A stretch of DNA of 64,000 bases, taken from contig JBHGNT010000009.1 in the NCBI GenBank assembly GCA_043228905.1, positions 1,798,001 to 1,862,000 of the forward strand, in the 5' to 3' direction. Below, piece after piece: positions 51,122-64,000 of this stretch; within the stretch, counting starts at the first letter, position 1, and the number at the start of each line of letters is the position of its first letter. The notes under the pieces are model-generated. The model did not search any database. It saw only the letters and a list, made by a program, of their open reading frames with translations, and had not been told where the DNA came from. The stretch comes from Azolla caroliniana (Eukaryota > Plantae > Polypodiophyta). The position numbers and the translations under genes are program-made.

Positions 51122-54100
51122 TTATGGTGAGATAGGATCTTGATAGGCATTATTAAGGATTTCATTCTCTCGGACAATTTGAGAATCCGATGGCTTGAAT
51201 CTTTGTCGGATGATCTTCACAATAAACCGAGGAAGCAATGCCAATATTATTATCAGGATAATATCAAGCCAGTAACCAGCTGTTCTGACCTCATGGAAAA
51301 TAACCCTACAAGAGAGGCAAGAGGAAGTGTGAGTTCTAAAAACTATCAAGCAGAAAACAGGCCTAAAATATACCGGAAACCATTTAAAAAACCATCAAGT
51401 TGTTTTTCTAATACTACCTCTATGATTCATCTGACTCCCTAAGCATGTGACATAACAATGCACAAAAGTTGGAGTTTTCATATTTTACTGGATTTCATTT
51501 TTCCTGACCCCTAGTACTGGTATTAAACTATCAAAAAACCCAACAAAATCCTTAAAATTTGCTTAAAAAGTAGGAAACCATAAAAGATCAATGCCATACC
51601 AATAATGAGCTTGCGTTTCATCGGTGATCATGTCAAGAACAATGATACAGACATATGTTGCAGCTATAGAGCCCCAAAGAGCAAGATGTGTAATCCAATT
51701 GAAGTTTTCAACATCCATAGCCAAATGGATATTGACAAGAACCACAACTGATATAGTCCAAATGCTACCCAGACTCCATATGTCGATGGTAGACCCGTTG
51801 TGGGTTAGAAAAGGAACATAAAAAAGGACCAAACTTTGCCATAGCGTATCAGCAATTGTGAGCCAAAAGAGAAGCTTATTGTAACTGTCATCATGTTGTC
51901 CGCCTTTATAGAGGGCTGGGCATCGCAATAATGTTTCAGAATCAAGATCTCGGTCTAAAATTGCTACGATGATCGTAGGAACGGATGTATATAAAATGGA
52001 ATATAGAACAAGGCTCCATTGTGTTATAGGAGGGGAAGTAGAAAAGGCAGAATATAACATGTACCTGCTCAACGAGCAAACCAACAAAGAATCAGCATTA
52101 TGGTTGCTCCCCTTTCATTCTAAAAGCTCATACATACAACATACATACATACATACATACATACATACATACATACATACATACATACATACATACATAC
52201 ATACATACATACACACACACATACATACATCATACATACATACATACATAAATACATGCATACATACATACATATATACTTATTAATTCCCTCTAAATTT
52301 CAAACTGACTAGGAAACCATTGGCTCTGCTGGGTATTTATTAGAATCGAAAACCACTCATTATACTCTAAATGTTTCATTTGTTTGAAACAAATGAAGCA
52401 ATTGCTTTTTTTCCCATCTCTTAGATTGACAGCGAAAAATTTTGAGATATTGTTATAATGGATTCTGGAAGCTTACCAAAACAAGAGCATGACGAGAATC
52501 GCATTACGGTAAAAGTTGTACAAAACCATCGAACCCATCCTTCTATAATTCAGACGTCCATGGACGAGCAATAGACGCTTCAAAAATCTGAACTGACCGA
52601 GAGCAAAATCTGATGCAAGGACAGCTTGCCGCCCTTCTTGTCCACTGATACCAACTCCGACATCAGCCATTTGAATCATCGATACGTCATTCGCTCCTAC
52701 AATGAATATATATCAGACCACAATAACAATGAATATTTCAAAACTCAAGGACTTGCTAAAAGATAAACAATTGATCATCAAGAGAATTTCTAACCTGATA
52801 TCATTTAAATAAGTTTTTCCATCACAAATTTGATCTTTTTTTTCAGTAAAAATTATGAGTAAAATTCTTAGAATTTATTTTATTTCAAAAACCTTGAAAA
52901 AGTAGCCATTGGGTGGCTATTAGTCATGATGTTCTTTTTCCTTGAACAACATCCATGAGAGACAACAATACATAACAAAACAAAACATCATAAAGTATTC
53001 AATGCTCAAATTGCAATAATATTATAGCAGCATACCATCTCCTATGGCCAATGTCATCTCTCCCGATATATGCTTTACTAAAGAAACAATTCCCGCCTTC
53101 TGGAGTGGTGCCACCCGACAGCAAATCACAACTTGACAAGCCGTTGCAAGCTCATATAGCTGCAAATATCATAGAATCTGGTTCAAATCCAGCAATGTTT
53201 GTCTTCCATCCCATTTTGATTGAGGCAAAATTGACAGAAAAAAAAGAACACAAAAATATCTGCAACACGTTTAGGGTGTTTGATGTTTAGTACCTCTGGA
53301 GCAAAGTCAGGCTCGAGGGCATGGACGAGACTGTTGCCATCGATAATAAGTGCCAATGTCCGGGATCCTTGTGACAATTTCCCCGACTCTCTTCGTAAAC
53401 TTTTTGAATTCCCATCTGACAAATGGCCAGAATATTCGGGCAGTTGTCCACTCGATGCTCTAGAATTCCATCTCACTGAGTCGGAACGTAACTCGATACG
53501 ACCACTTGATGTGACATCGAAGCTAAGTCCTCTCGTGCTTGATTGTCTCTTATCCATTGGCCAGATATAGGTCGCCTTAGCATTCCGAATGGCCTCCCGA
53601 CAACTCTCCTTTTCAGGCTCATTTATGATGATTTGCTTCATCTCATTCGTAAGTAGCGCACATGAGAAGCCGATGGATATTGCTGTCTCTTGCTTGTCAC
53701 CAGTTAAGACCCAGATTTTTATCCCTGCTTCACGTAGTGTAGCGATTGCATCGGGTACACCTTGTTGTAATTTATCCTCGATTCCTGTGGCTCCGAGAAG
53801 GGTAAGGTCTTTCTCTATAACTTCAGAAGCTTCTCTAAGAAGTTGTGCCCTATCATTGAGAGATGAATTTGCCTTCATATACAGTCTTTCCCAGTGTTTT
53901 AGCTCACTGTCAGTAAGAGACCGTGAGGCGACCACCAGTGTACGAAGCCCCTGTTCTGAATACTCAGCCAGATGCATCTGCGTGTTAAACACAATCCGTG
54001 ATTGTTCTTCGTCCTCAATCTGAGTTGTGTTTTTTGCAAGCACGACCTTCTTAAGCATGGTACTATCTGCACCTTTAACTAGCACCTTGACAGAGCCGTC

Positions 54101-57039
54101 TGGACACTTAAGCACCACAGACATGCACTTCCTTGTGCTGTCAAACTCATGCATACCGAGAACTTCAAACCTTTTTCAGGACATTCAAAAGGAAAAACAG
54201 CCTTTTTAGGACAATGACATTGAAAAACAAACCAGACATATACACACAATCTAGAAAGATGTTATGAGCATATGCATAACTATATTATTAAGAGGGGTTA
54301 AGTGAAGTTAGATTAGGCCCATTTTGCCAGACTTTGGATGCCCATTGTTGGTTTTTAATGGGTTACATACCCTTGTGTACTTCTCTATTCTTACACATTC
54401 TTCTACATCCTCACTACATATGAGTAGCCTGAGTGTGGATCTTTCACATATGACTGATGGGTACTGTACAGCTTGATCATATGTAATGTGCACAGGGATG
54501 CATAAGGTACAAACCTCGACCCCATAAACAATTAATTGGGTGCAAGACTAAATTTTGATACTTGAAGTTAGGAAAACTTTAAGATATAGCATTTTAGAAT
54601 GGGATTCAGTGTATTTGTTACCTCTGTATTTCTCCAAGGACATTGATGATGATGTAGTTAGAAGTTCGAGACAACAATGTATATCCATATGATGCAGCAG
54701 CCGAGACAAGGGCTTGCTCATCTGGTGATTCACCCTGATACTCAAGTTTAGCTGTCTCGCTATTATCGGTTCCGAGGGCGATCTCCATCTCTAGAGCACC
54801 AGAAGTTGTCTTACTCACTTTGGTGGGAACCACTGTGTTACAAACTGAGAGTGTCAATAAGTAGTCATGTATTGCCTTTCTCTCCATGCCTTTCCTGGTG
54901 TCATCCTGTAGAATTTGAACAAGGCCAGGATCTGTGGAAAACCCTGTCATCAAGAATAATAATAAAGGATTCAGGATAAAGAGATGTACAATGTGATCTT
55001 CTTTATATAGTACCACAAATGAAGAGAAAACATCAAAGGCTAGACGACCAAACGAACAAGATCAATTTGTATCTTAACAAACACTCACCGTTCATGACTT
55101 TTACTCCATCTCCATAGTTTTCGCCAAATATGCTGGCTCTCCGGAACTCCATCTTATTTTCGGTCAATGTGCCAGTTTTATCAGAGAAGATATACTTTAC
55201 TTGACCAAGATCCTCGTTAATGCCAAGGTCACGACATTGGAGTCTGGTATCAGTCTCGGCATGATACATCTCCGCATCATTGATCATGAAGTAGGATTGT
55301 CCAAGCCGAACCAACTCCATGGATATGTATAGAGAGATGGGTATCATGATTTGGAATGAGATCAAACTACTCAAAAACGCAAAGATAGATTCTCCAGTAA
55401 TGCCATAGTACCCATAGAAATTGGCCTTTGTTTGCCCAAAGTATGGCAGCACATCGAGTTGCTCTTCATGCCTCTTAAGCCAAAAACCCATTCCGATACC
55501 CGAAATGAAACAACATATGAGAAGGAATAGGGATAGCCATAACGTTTCACGATTCATATTACCTTCTAATCGGCTCGATTTTGATTGAGCACCTGTGCTA
55601 TTGAGCATGACCTTCGTTTCTTGGCCGGTGTATACAGCCACGCCTATAGCCCAAGAAGTGTTTTTGAGCTCGCATCCTCTAAGAATGATATTGGTAGGCA
55701 CCAGTGGGATGGTTTTCCCATCAATCTCAGCAAAGGCAGTGAATCCATAAATGTTCCGATTCGGTTTCTCGCATATCACTCGACCTGAGAATATGGTAGG
55801 ATGGATGGCACCCGGCTTCTCGGCTGCCGTCTCGATGCGGGCATATCGTGTCTTTAGATTCGATTCGCCATCCAAATTGATGGTTTGCACATAAGCTAAT
55901 CCACTAGGATCGCTAGTCCTAAGAAGCACGAGATCGCAAGGAATGGTGTCATTAGCTTGAACCTTCACAACCTCTCCCACCCTTATGTGTTTCCATTGCT
56001 TAGGGGCATATACACCCTCTTCATTACACACCATAGCGATGCGATTATTCTCTTTCTTATCAGAACGGTGCCGCCGCCAATCTTCATATCCATCTTTCAC
56101 GGCAGTAACGATGAGAACAAATGCAAGGGGAAGGGCAGATGCGAACCTACCAAAGACGGCAAGTTGTGGGATCTGATTGAGGCATAAAATGACTAGAAAG
56201 TAGATGTAGGCAACGCGGCGGAATTGCTCGAACAAGTTGGTTGGCACAAAAGACAGGACAGAGTATTTGCTCGTCCGGACCTTGTTGTCGGAGAACTGGT
56301 ATCGGTCATTGGTTTTGTCGGGGTTGTTGATGAAGATGACTCGGCCCTCATTGTTGTGGCGGGAACTGCTGCGAAGGGAGCCTGAGCGGCTTATATGTCC
56401 GGACCACGCGGACTCGCTATCTGAGACCAGGGGATGCTGAAAATGAGACTTAAGGGAAGTGCGGGTCCGGATAGTATTGGTAGTAGTTGTGGTGGTATCG
56501 GCGGCTTTTGCCTCTTCTGCCTGGGGGCCAATTTGTTGGGCAGCATTAGCGGCCACTAAGGAAGAGATTAAGATTTGGTCTGCAGATGCAGATGAAGAGT
56601 GGCGGTAGCGACGAGGAGGAGGGGCTGTCTTGAATTTCGGCGCGGCCGTGGACAAGGAAGCAGCAGCCAATGGGTTCTCCCTGCGTGATGATGATGATGA
56701 TGATGTGGTGTTGGGGGAAGATAAGAAGGTTTGGTCTGCAGACAAAGAGTGATGGTGGAGGGTGTGCCGAGGAGGAGGAAGAGGTTCCGACAATGCTGAT
56801 GTGGCGATGGTGTCGGTACCGCGATGCTGCTTCTGCGAAGATGTGATGATGATGGGGGGGGCCTCGAGAGAACTCGATTCGGGAAGAGCTGAAGAACTGG
56901 AGAAGATAGGGCTATGGCTATGGCGCACACTGTTGTTGAAGCCGGAGGAGGAGGAGGGGGAGGGAGGAGAAGAAGGAGAAGAAGGAGAAGAAGAAGAAGA
57001 AGAACTGTGAGGGAGCAGAGGCAGAGGGGACAAAGACAT
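51122..57039 (-). CDS. ALA1: P4-type ATPase phospholipid flippase, ALA1-like, 7 exons, ~1380 aa
   Basis: Exons 57039-55089, 54943-54622, 54170-53294, 53159-53036, 52696-52477, 52064-51600, 51305-51122 (4143 nt, open). Motifs [80 protein letters not shown] and LLLVHG. Confidence 0.95.
52128..52280. repeat. (CATA)n microsatellite in ALA intron 5
   Basis: Long CATA run with interruptions. Confidence 0.95.
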
Positions 57040-57439
57040 GAGGGGGGATTGAGAGCTTGGCTATGGTGGGCAGGAAGAAGGATCACAAAATGTGGAAGTT
57101 GTATGTGAGTGAGTATGTATGTATGTATGTATGTGTAGACAGAAGAGACAGATTATGTTATGATGATTACTAGAGAAGGCTAAGGCTTCTCTTGAATTCA
57201 CTCAGTCCATAGATGGGGGGAGAAGCCAGAATCTGAAGGAAGAAGAAGAAGAAACAGGGGAGAAACAGGGGAAGGAGGAAAAACAGGGGAATTTGGAAAG
57301 GGGGGAAGGGGTTGAATATTGTTAATTAAATTGCAGGGCTCTCTCTCTCTCTCTCTCTTCTTTGCTTTGTCTTTCTCTTTCTAAATCCTAAAGTCAACAA
57401 ATGTGTGTTGTGTCCAAATTCATGCATACAAAAACCCAA

Positions 57440-57648
57440 ATGAATGAATCCCAAGCCAATTTGCTTAGCCTTCTTCTTCACATCTCATGTTTTTTTGTCC
57501 ACCCTGCCCTTACCTCCGAATGAAATCCCAAGCCATTCGCTTGGTCGTCTTCATCACATCTCGTGTTTTTGTATGACTTGTACCCTTACCTCCAAATGAA
57601 ATCCCAAGCCATTTGCTTAGTCGTCTTCTTCACATCTCGTGTTTTTGT
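57440..57648. repeat. Three ~77-bp tandem units upstream of ALA
   Basis: AATCCCAAGCCA.TT.GCTT.G..GTCTTC.TCACATCTC.TGTTTTTGT...CCCTTACCTCC starts at ~57447, ~57525 and ~57601. Confidence 0.88.
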
Positions 57649-58178
57649 CTATCTCTTAATTCACTAGATGTCACTACCTGGTCTCTACCATACCTATCTC
57701 TTAATTCACTAGATGCCAATGTAGAATGTAGGGGTTGAACCCATGACCACCTGGTCTCCAGGGCTCTCTCTCGTAAGTACCTTACCCTAATGGTAAGTTG
57801 TTCCACTACAAGCACTATGTCTTGGGTTCAGAACCCAGTTATCTCACCTCTCTACTAGATACTTCATACATATCTTCTTTAATTCACTAGATGGTAAGTT
57901 GTTACACTACAAGCACTATGTCTTGGGTTCGAAACCCAGTTATCTCACCTCTCCACTACATACTTCATACATATCTTCTTTAATTCACTAGATGGTAAGT
58001 TGTTACACTACAAGCACTATGTCTTGGGTTCGAAACCCAGTTATCTCACCTCTCTACTACATACTTCATACATATCTTCTTTAATTCACTAGATGCCATT
58101 GTGAAATGTAAGGGTTGAACCCATGACCTCTTGGTCTCCATTCGGCAACCTTACCAATTGAGCTACATCCATTTGGGC
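57649..58178. mobile_element. Composite tRNA-derived (SINE-like) repeat with a 3x101-bp internal array
   Basis: Minus-strand head GGATGTAGCTCAATTGGTAAG...GAGGTCATGGGTTCAACCC carries A and B boxes at ~58110-58172. A second partial minus-strand head lies at ~57710-57786. Between them are three 101-bp units (57790, 57891, 57992), each with plus-strand TGGTAAG...GGGTTCGAAACCC. Confidence 0.7.
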
Positions 58179-58412
58179 TCTCAACCTCGACCTTGACCTC
58201 GACCCCCCACTTCCCCATTCTTGTTAAGAAAAAGCCATTCCTTTGGGCAAACCATCAAACTCCTCGACCAACTTGTCCCTTGAGCCCCAACCCCTCATCC
58301 CGCTCCCCTTTAGTCAACCCCTTTCTGCTCAAATGCTTTTATGATCGTGCATTGACTCGTACATTTATTGCGTATTTCTTATACCACGTCCATCCACTGT
58401 CAAACCAATCGT

Positions 58413-58416
<4 letters not shown>

Positions 58417-58468
<52 letters not shown>
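58417..58468. repeat. (AG)n microsatellite
   Basis: Direct inspection. Confidence 0.95.
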
Positions 58469-58473
<5 letters not shown>

Positions 58474-60732
58474 AAAAACAAATTTGGTTCCTGTAAAATA
58501 TATGTAGGCTTGGTTTCAAATGCAAACAAGTCCTTTGCGTCGCAAGTATATCTCATATTCTAGATGGTTGTTTTTTCCTGGTTCTGAAAAACACCTCCAA
58601 TTTTGGAAGCTTTGTTGTGACAATTCCACGACGTAACCATGATTTTCAAATCTTACATGTGAGAATTGCATGAGAAACGGCTTTTTTCCAAACATTGGTT
58701 CAAAGTCTACCCTATCTCTTATGTGTTTGTATTGCACACCACGTGCATGTAATTAGTATTTCTCGTTACCTTGATAATTTACCCTCCCATCATTACATGG
58801 AAAGAAAAACAATAACTCCTCCTTATGAGAGGGTAGTTTGGTTAGAGGTATTTAACTTGGGTTCCAAGTTTCATCATCTAGAAAGTATCCTTAATCTAGA
58901 ACAACACTATTGATAAGAAACAAAGTACTCATGCTTCTATCAAATACCTTGATTCCAAGAATCCTATTTGTATTTAACTTGTTCATTGTTCAATTATACA
59001 TATATCCTTAGAATCTAGGTATTGAGAGGGAACTCAACACATAGTTGTTGTTTGAATATAGGTGTATCACTTGTCAACATTTAGGGTTATATTTGCGTGC
59101 ACGAAGATTTTCTTGCTATGTTTTGAATATGATCATAAAGTTGTACAATGAGATGAAGGACACCCTCATCCAAAGCCATTTTGAAAAATTACATGAGATT
59201 TTAGAAAAGTCAAAGTTTATCAGGTTTTGAGCCTCAAAACTTCTAGACACCCTTGCTCTCTTCGCCTAGTCTCTTTTTCCTAGTGGGGACTTCCAACCTC
59301 ATTGAACCTCTGGCATTTGGTCAAATGCCAACTTGGAAACTCCTTGCATGACCTCATCCCTTACCTTACACTCACACTTTACTCTACTTTTTTCTTTGTA
59401 TATAATTTGTCGTCCCTTTTTGAACATTTGAAAATATACTACGAAATTCTTATTTATATGTATACTAAACCCTATTGCCTCATGTTGGCACCCCTGCCTA
59501 CGTATGCTTCAAAGTCATCGTGTTGGGGATTGACATGAAAAAAGGGCAGAAAAAAATGTCCACGGTTTTTTTGTACTCTTGGTTCTCGTAACACATACGT
59601 TCCTCATCCTTATTTGTGATATTCTTCTAATTAATTATAATACATGTGTTTACTCCATTTAATGTTTATTTGGTTCCATAAGATATGCAAATAATACGAA
59701 CTTACTATCGATAAAGGTATTCGATCTCGTGCATGATGCTCAAATCTACATATCTATATCCTTAGATAATATATATATATATATAAGTAGCTTATGTATG
59801 TGTCTTTGGCACGTTACTTGTGTGGCAAGGTTTGGAAAGGAATGGGGAACATCCTCACCTTATATTGTGTGCATGGATTGAGAACATTATTTGTGTTGCA
59901 AGACATACCGCCGAATGAGTTACATATTATAACTTGCACAATATTGATCAATATGTAATGTTAGCTACCACAATGGGAACCCTTTTGGATTCAATTGCAA
60001 CAACATATTGGACATTATTTTACGTTGCTTCATAAAGAGTTCCACCATGCATTGTAACATTGAACGCACTCATTTCATTATTTTGCCACTTTTCAACTAG
60101 AGTATTAAATAGTTCCCTCAAAAAAAAACATATTAGAACACATCCATAGTTTCAAATACCGGGCCTTCACCATTCTTTACAAAACCAAAAGGTACAATTG
60201 AGATTTTGGACAATAATTGCTCAATATTAGATATTTATCTTTTTAGTTGAGTTAGAAGTGTTTCAAAGGCTAGCTACTTTTTGTAAAGGGCAATACCGTT
60301 GTTTCCTACCCATGGGTTGTGAACATTTAAATTGTAACGCTGAAAAACAGAATGCTCCAAAAAAATTCCATATGCTTATATTATGGTACAAAAATATGAC
60401 CTTTTCACAACATGAGAAGAGAAGAACCACTAGTGAATGTAATGTGACCAAAGGATTGTTAGGAAACTAGTGTAAAAATGAACGCTATGATTCACCAACT
60501 TGTAAGGATTAACAACAATGTTGAATCAATCCATGTTGGTGGAGTAGTTCCACAAGTTGCAAAGGGGCTAAATTTCACACTTCATGGTATTGAATGTAAG
60601 CTTTGGACCCATATGTAACAAATGTTTGTCTCTTCTGAATCATAGACTCACCTCATTTATTTCTCCTTCATCATCAACCATCTCATTTCTATGCTTTATT
60701 AATGGCTTTATAACATTGCATATATCTCTCAT

Positions 60733-60734
<2 letters not shown>

Positions 60735-60786
<52 letters not shown>

Positions 60787-61038
60787 TAAGTTCTATTTTT
60801 TATTTTTACTTTCGATGAATGGGTAAATACCCCATTTTTGTTGTAAACTAATTGTCTCATCGGCCAATTTTGGTCTTAAAATACGTTAATCTCTCTCTCT
60901 CTCTCTCTCAGCTTAAGTTCTATTTTATTTTTATATATTTTTTATTTTACTTTCGATGAATGGGTAAATACCCCATTTTTGTTGTAAACGAATTGTCTCA
61001 TGGGCCAAATTTGGTCTTAAAATACGTTAATATATCTT

Positions 61039-61103
<65 letters not shown>
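60735..61103. repeat. Duplicated ~105-130-bp segment interleaved with three (CT)n tracts
   Basis: AGCT(T)AAGTTCTATTTT...TTCGATGAATGGGTAAATACCCC...GGTCTTAAAATACGTTAAT occurs twice (period ~141 bp), each copy flanked by CT runs. Confidence 0.9.
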
Positions 61104-61108
<5 letters not shown>

Positions 61109-63288
61109 TCATTTCATGCCACCCACTTTTTCATTTGATTGTCAATATGATTGTGTCCCAACACGGCTAAGGATATGGTCTTCTCTAGTAAAACAAGAAC
61201 TTGGAGAGTCAAGACTCAAGAGTGAGAGAAAAGGTCATGTTACTTGTTTCTAAGAATATTTCAATAAAGGTCATATGTTACTTGTTTCTAAGGGTAAGAA
61301 TCCTCATTTGACATTAGCAACCTTTATTGGAAGCTCATTTGGAGTAACACTAGTAACCTTGATTAAGTCTTGAATTTTGTTTGGCCCCATTGAGTTTTGA
61401 TCCCCAATTAACCTTGTAAACTAGAGTAGTGTTCATGGCATTAAAAGTTGACGATAAAGATGGTTCAAGGGCTTTTAGTGCATTCTTTAAATTATGGTTC
61501 TAGCCTCCTTAAGTTCCATGGGTCAATATTGGCCTCTCTATGAATGTTAAAAAAAAATCATCTATCTATCTATTTTGGTGGTGCTTCTGCATGTGTTCTT
61601 CAATTTGAGAGTCACATTTTTAATTGATTGGTTTGACATTACGTGCCTATGCTTGAGCTTTGGATATGTATCACATGGCCTTGTGTGTCTTACTATTTGG
61701 AGTGCTAGTGAATTTATTGCCTCATCCTAATCGCATCATATGCGTGATGTTTCCTCTCGTTAGGCGAAATTCTTTCTGGTGGTTTTACATTTCTTCCCTT
61801 GGTTCAAGGATTTTTTTCTTGTATGTTTGCTTCTTCATCCGATCAAAGAATGCATTTTTGGATCTCTCTGAGTGTCTTGACATCACCTATTGATCAAATG
61901 CAATTTCCTAAGGCATTCTCTTGATTTTGTGCGGTTTCCTAAGGCCAAATTTAACTATTTAGGGAATCTTTCAAGACACCATTTGATTGTTGGGTGTAGT
62001 GCATATAGAAAATGGTTTAAAGGTAAGAAATCTCCACCTTAGATAAGATTCCAAGTGTTATTTGTTCAAAGGGGCAATATAATCACCACATGAAAAAGAT
62101 TTGCACCACACCATCGATTATAGTTAACAGAATGCATATGCATAAGTCTCTATCTTCTAGATAACAATGAAAACATTATTTTCTTTATAAGTATGAAGAT
62201 AATTGAGAAAGACTTATGAATGTCTTATACCGAACCCCATTTATTAAAGAAAGCGTTGCCACCACAATTTACATGTGAATTGATATGTTCATATTTATGA
62301 TAGTGAAAGTGACACATGATTATTCCTACACGTTGCCAACAATATGTATCATTAGATGTGAATGTCAATAAGAGTTCTACAATGTTAGAAATGAAGCTAG
62401 TTGATTCACACTAATTATGTGGGACAATTATACAATAAATTTTGCATTTCAAATGAATGGATTTCTCTCTCAATGCCCCATTCATGTTGTTGAATGATGG
62501 TTTGACAAACAAATTTTCATTAAAGTGGTGATTATATACACAATGCATTGTTTTAAATGATGGAAGAACTGTTAACATTACAGCATGACATTTTCTCACA
62601 TAATCATTAAAAAGAGAAACTTCCATAGATGTAATAACCATGTACCAAATATTTGATTAAAGAATCTATTGGATAAATATGATGAACTATAAGTAGAATA
62701 ATTTGACTAATCTGAATATTGACTTCATTGTTTTATATCGACAATAATTTTAATATGATTTTCTTTTTTTCAAATTTGAAAGTGTATCTTACATCATCAT
62801 AGCAATCCTAGTAATCTAAAGGTCTTGTTATCATATTCAAGTTACCATAGTAAGTCTTGTATTTATATTCAAGTTTGCTATCAAAGTTCTTTTGTTCTTG
62901 ATCTCTCATTGACTCTTATATTGCAAGAGAACAAAAAAGCATAGTTATGCAAATATTACTTTACATATTTGACATGAATCAACGGACCCACATTGAATCA
63001 TGTTTCTTAATATCACTACGTCAAAAACTATCCCAATGTGGTGAACGATTCAAACATTCTATCACTATGTATAAAAGAAGATATGATTAATAACAATTCC
63101 AAGTCCCACAAAATATATAGAACTCAAAAGCAAACGAATCAACAAACTAATTTTGATATTCAAGAACTTTCAAGCAATTGAGGAGATTTTGGATGGCATC
63201 TTTTCGCATAACATAAAAGATCTTTTAGTTCCAGCTTGTTATATAAACATAAGAATGTATAAAAAAAACAACTCAGGGGATTTTATTC

Positions 63289-63954
63289 TTATTTTCCTAG
63301 GAGGCGTCGACCACGTGAGTTTGCATCTTTCACTCTATCCTCAAGCTTACTGGCATCATTGTAAAAACTCTCCAAGGAAACATTTTGCCTACAAAATCCA
63401 TTCGAGTTGTGTGTAAAAATTCATGAATTGAAGTGAAGAATTGTTATGTGTGAAACTACTTCATATGACTTGATATGGAGACTTAATGTATATATGCATT
63501 AACTCTTCAATTCAAATCATATGAAGTTGCACACACATAACAGTATATGTACATGTACATATGTGTCTGGCTACAGGAATGTGCAAATTTGCATAGAATC
63601 AGTAACGAAAATGAGCACCTCGAAATCTCCAATCCCATGTCGATAGACATATCTTTTATCTGGTCGAGAATGTTACTTAGGTCTGAAAGAGCATCATCTT
63701 GCTTCACTCTCTCCATCTAGTCAAAATAAATTCAGAATGCAGTATATTTAACATCATTCTAATATTGCCATAAGATTTTGTTTTCCAAGCTCATTTCTAT
63801 TTGATATACATTATTGGAACATATAATATCCTCACCTCAAGCTTTCCTTGTACAGTTTTCTGATCTGAACCAGGGAACAATTGAACCAAATGATTCCTAT
63901 TCTCTTTTACATTAACATTCATGTGTTTGGCTTTGCTTTGAAAAGACTGGTCAT
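63289..63954 (-). CDS. SNAP33: SNAP25-type Qb+Qc SNARE (SNAP33-like), 3' part; gene continues beyond the window end
   Basis: Exons 63954-63836, 63716-63619 and 63388-63289 encode ...KLEMERVKQDDALSDLSNILDQIKDMSIDMGLEISRQNVSLESFYNDASKLEDRVKDANSRGRRLLGK*, matching the plant SNAP25-homolog C-terminal Qc helix. Confidence 0.9.
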
Positions 63955-64000
63955 CTGTTGAAAGATAAATGTATTTAACATAACTAAATTTCACACAAAT

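Noticed and set aside
53051-57108. Antisense and alternative-frame ORFs over the P4-ATPase (including poly-R and poly-E ORFs)
   Set aside because: Shadow ORFs of a GC-richer, low-complexity coding strand.
57790-58093. Hairpin-containing regular repeats superficially like a CRISPR array, or a real tRNA gene
   Set aside because: Units are near-identical along their whole length with no unique spacers, there are no cas genes, and the context is eukaryotic. The tRNA-like heads lack a proper anticodon arm and acceptor stem.

Overview
Eukaryotic, AT-rich land-plant nuclear DNA. It looks fern-like from the PLS-PPR style, LINE type and abundant (AG)n/(CATA)n microsatellites, but that is inference only. 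Splicing by hand on GT-AG junctions gives five complete genes and one partial gene. These are an 11-exon MO25-like gene (-), a 7-exon XB3/XBAT31-like ankyrin-RING E3 ligase (+), a PLS-E class PPR gene (+), a 5-exon PS2/PECP1-family HAD phosphatase with two upstream P1BS sites (+), a 7-exon ALA1-type P4-ATPase flippase (-) and the 3' end of a SNAP25/SNAP33-type SNARE (-). Also present: a decayed PPR pseudogene, a 6.17-kb L1-type LINE with poly-A tail and 14-bp TSD, two short 3'-end retro-insertions, LINE and Ty3/gypsy RT relics, a composite tRNA-derived (SINE-like) array and several local tandem repeats. I see no evidence of a wholly new gene system. The most unusual features are a stop-free 270-nt in-frame intron in the PPR gene, convergent tRNA-like Pol III-type heads upstream of the flippase, a duplicated decoy 3' splice site in MO25, and an XBAT lacking the usual N-terminal acylation motif.
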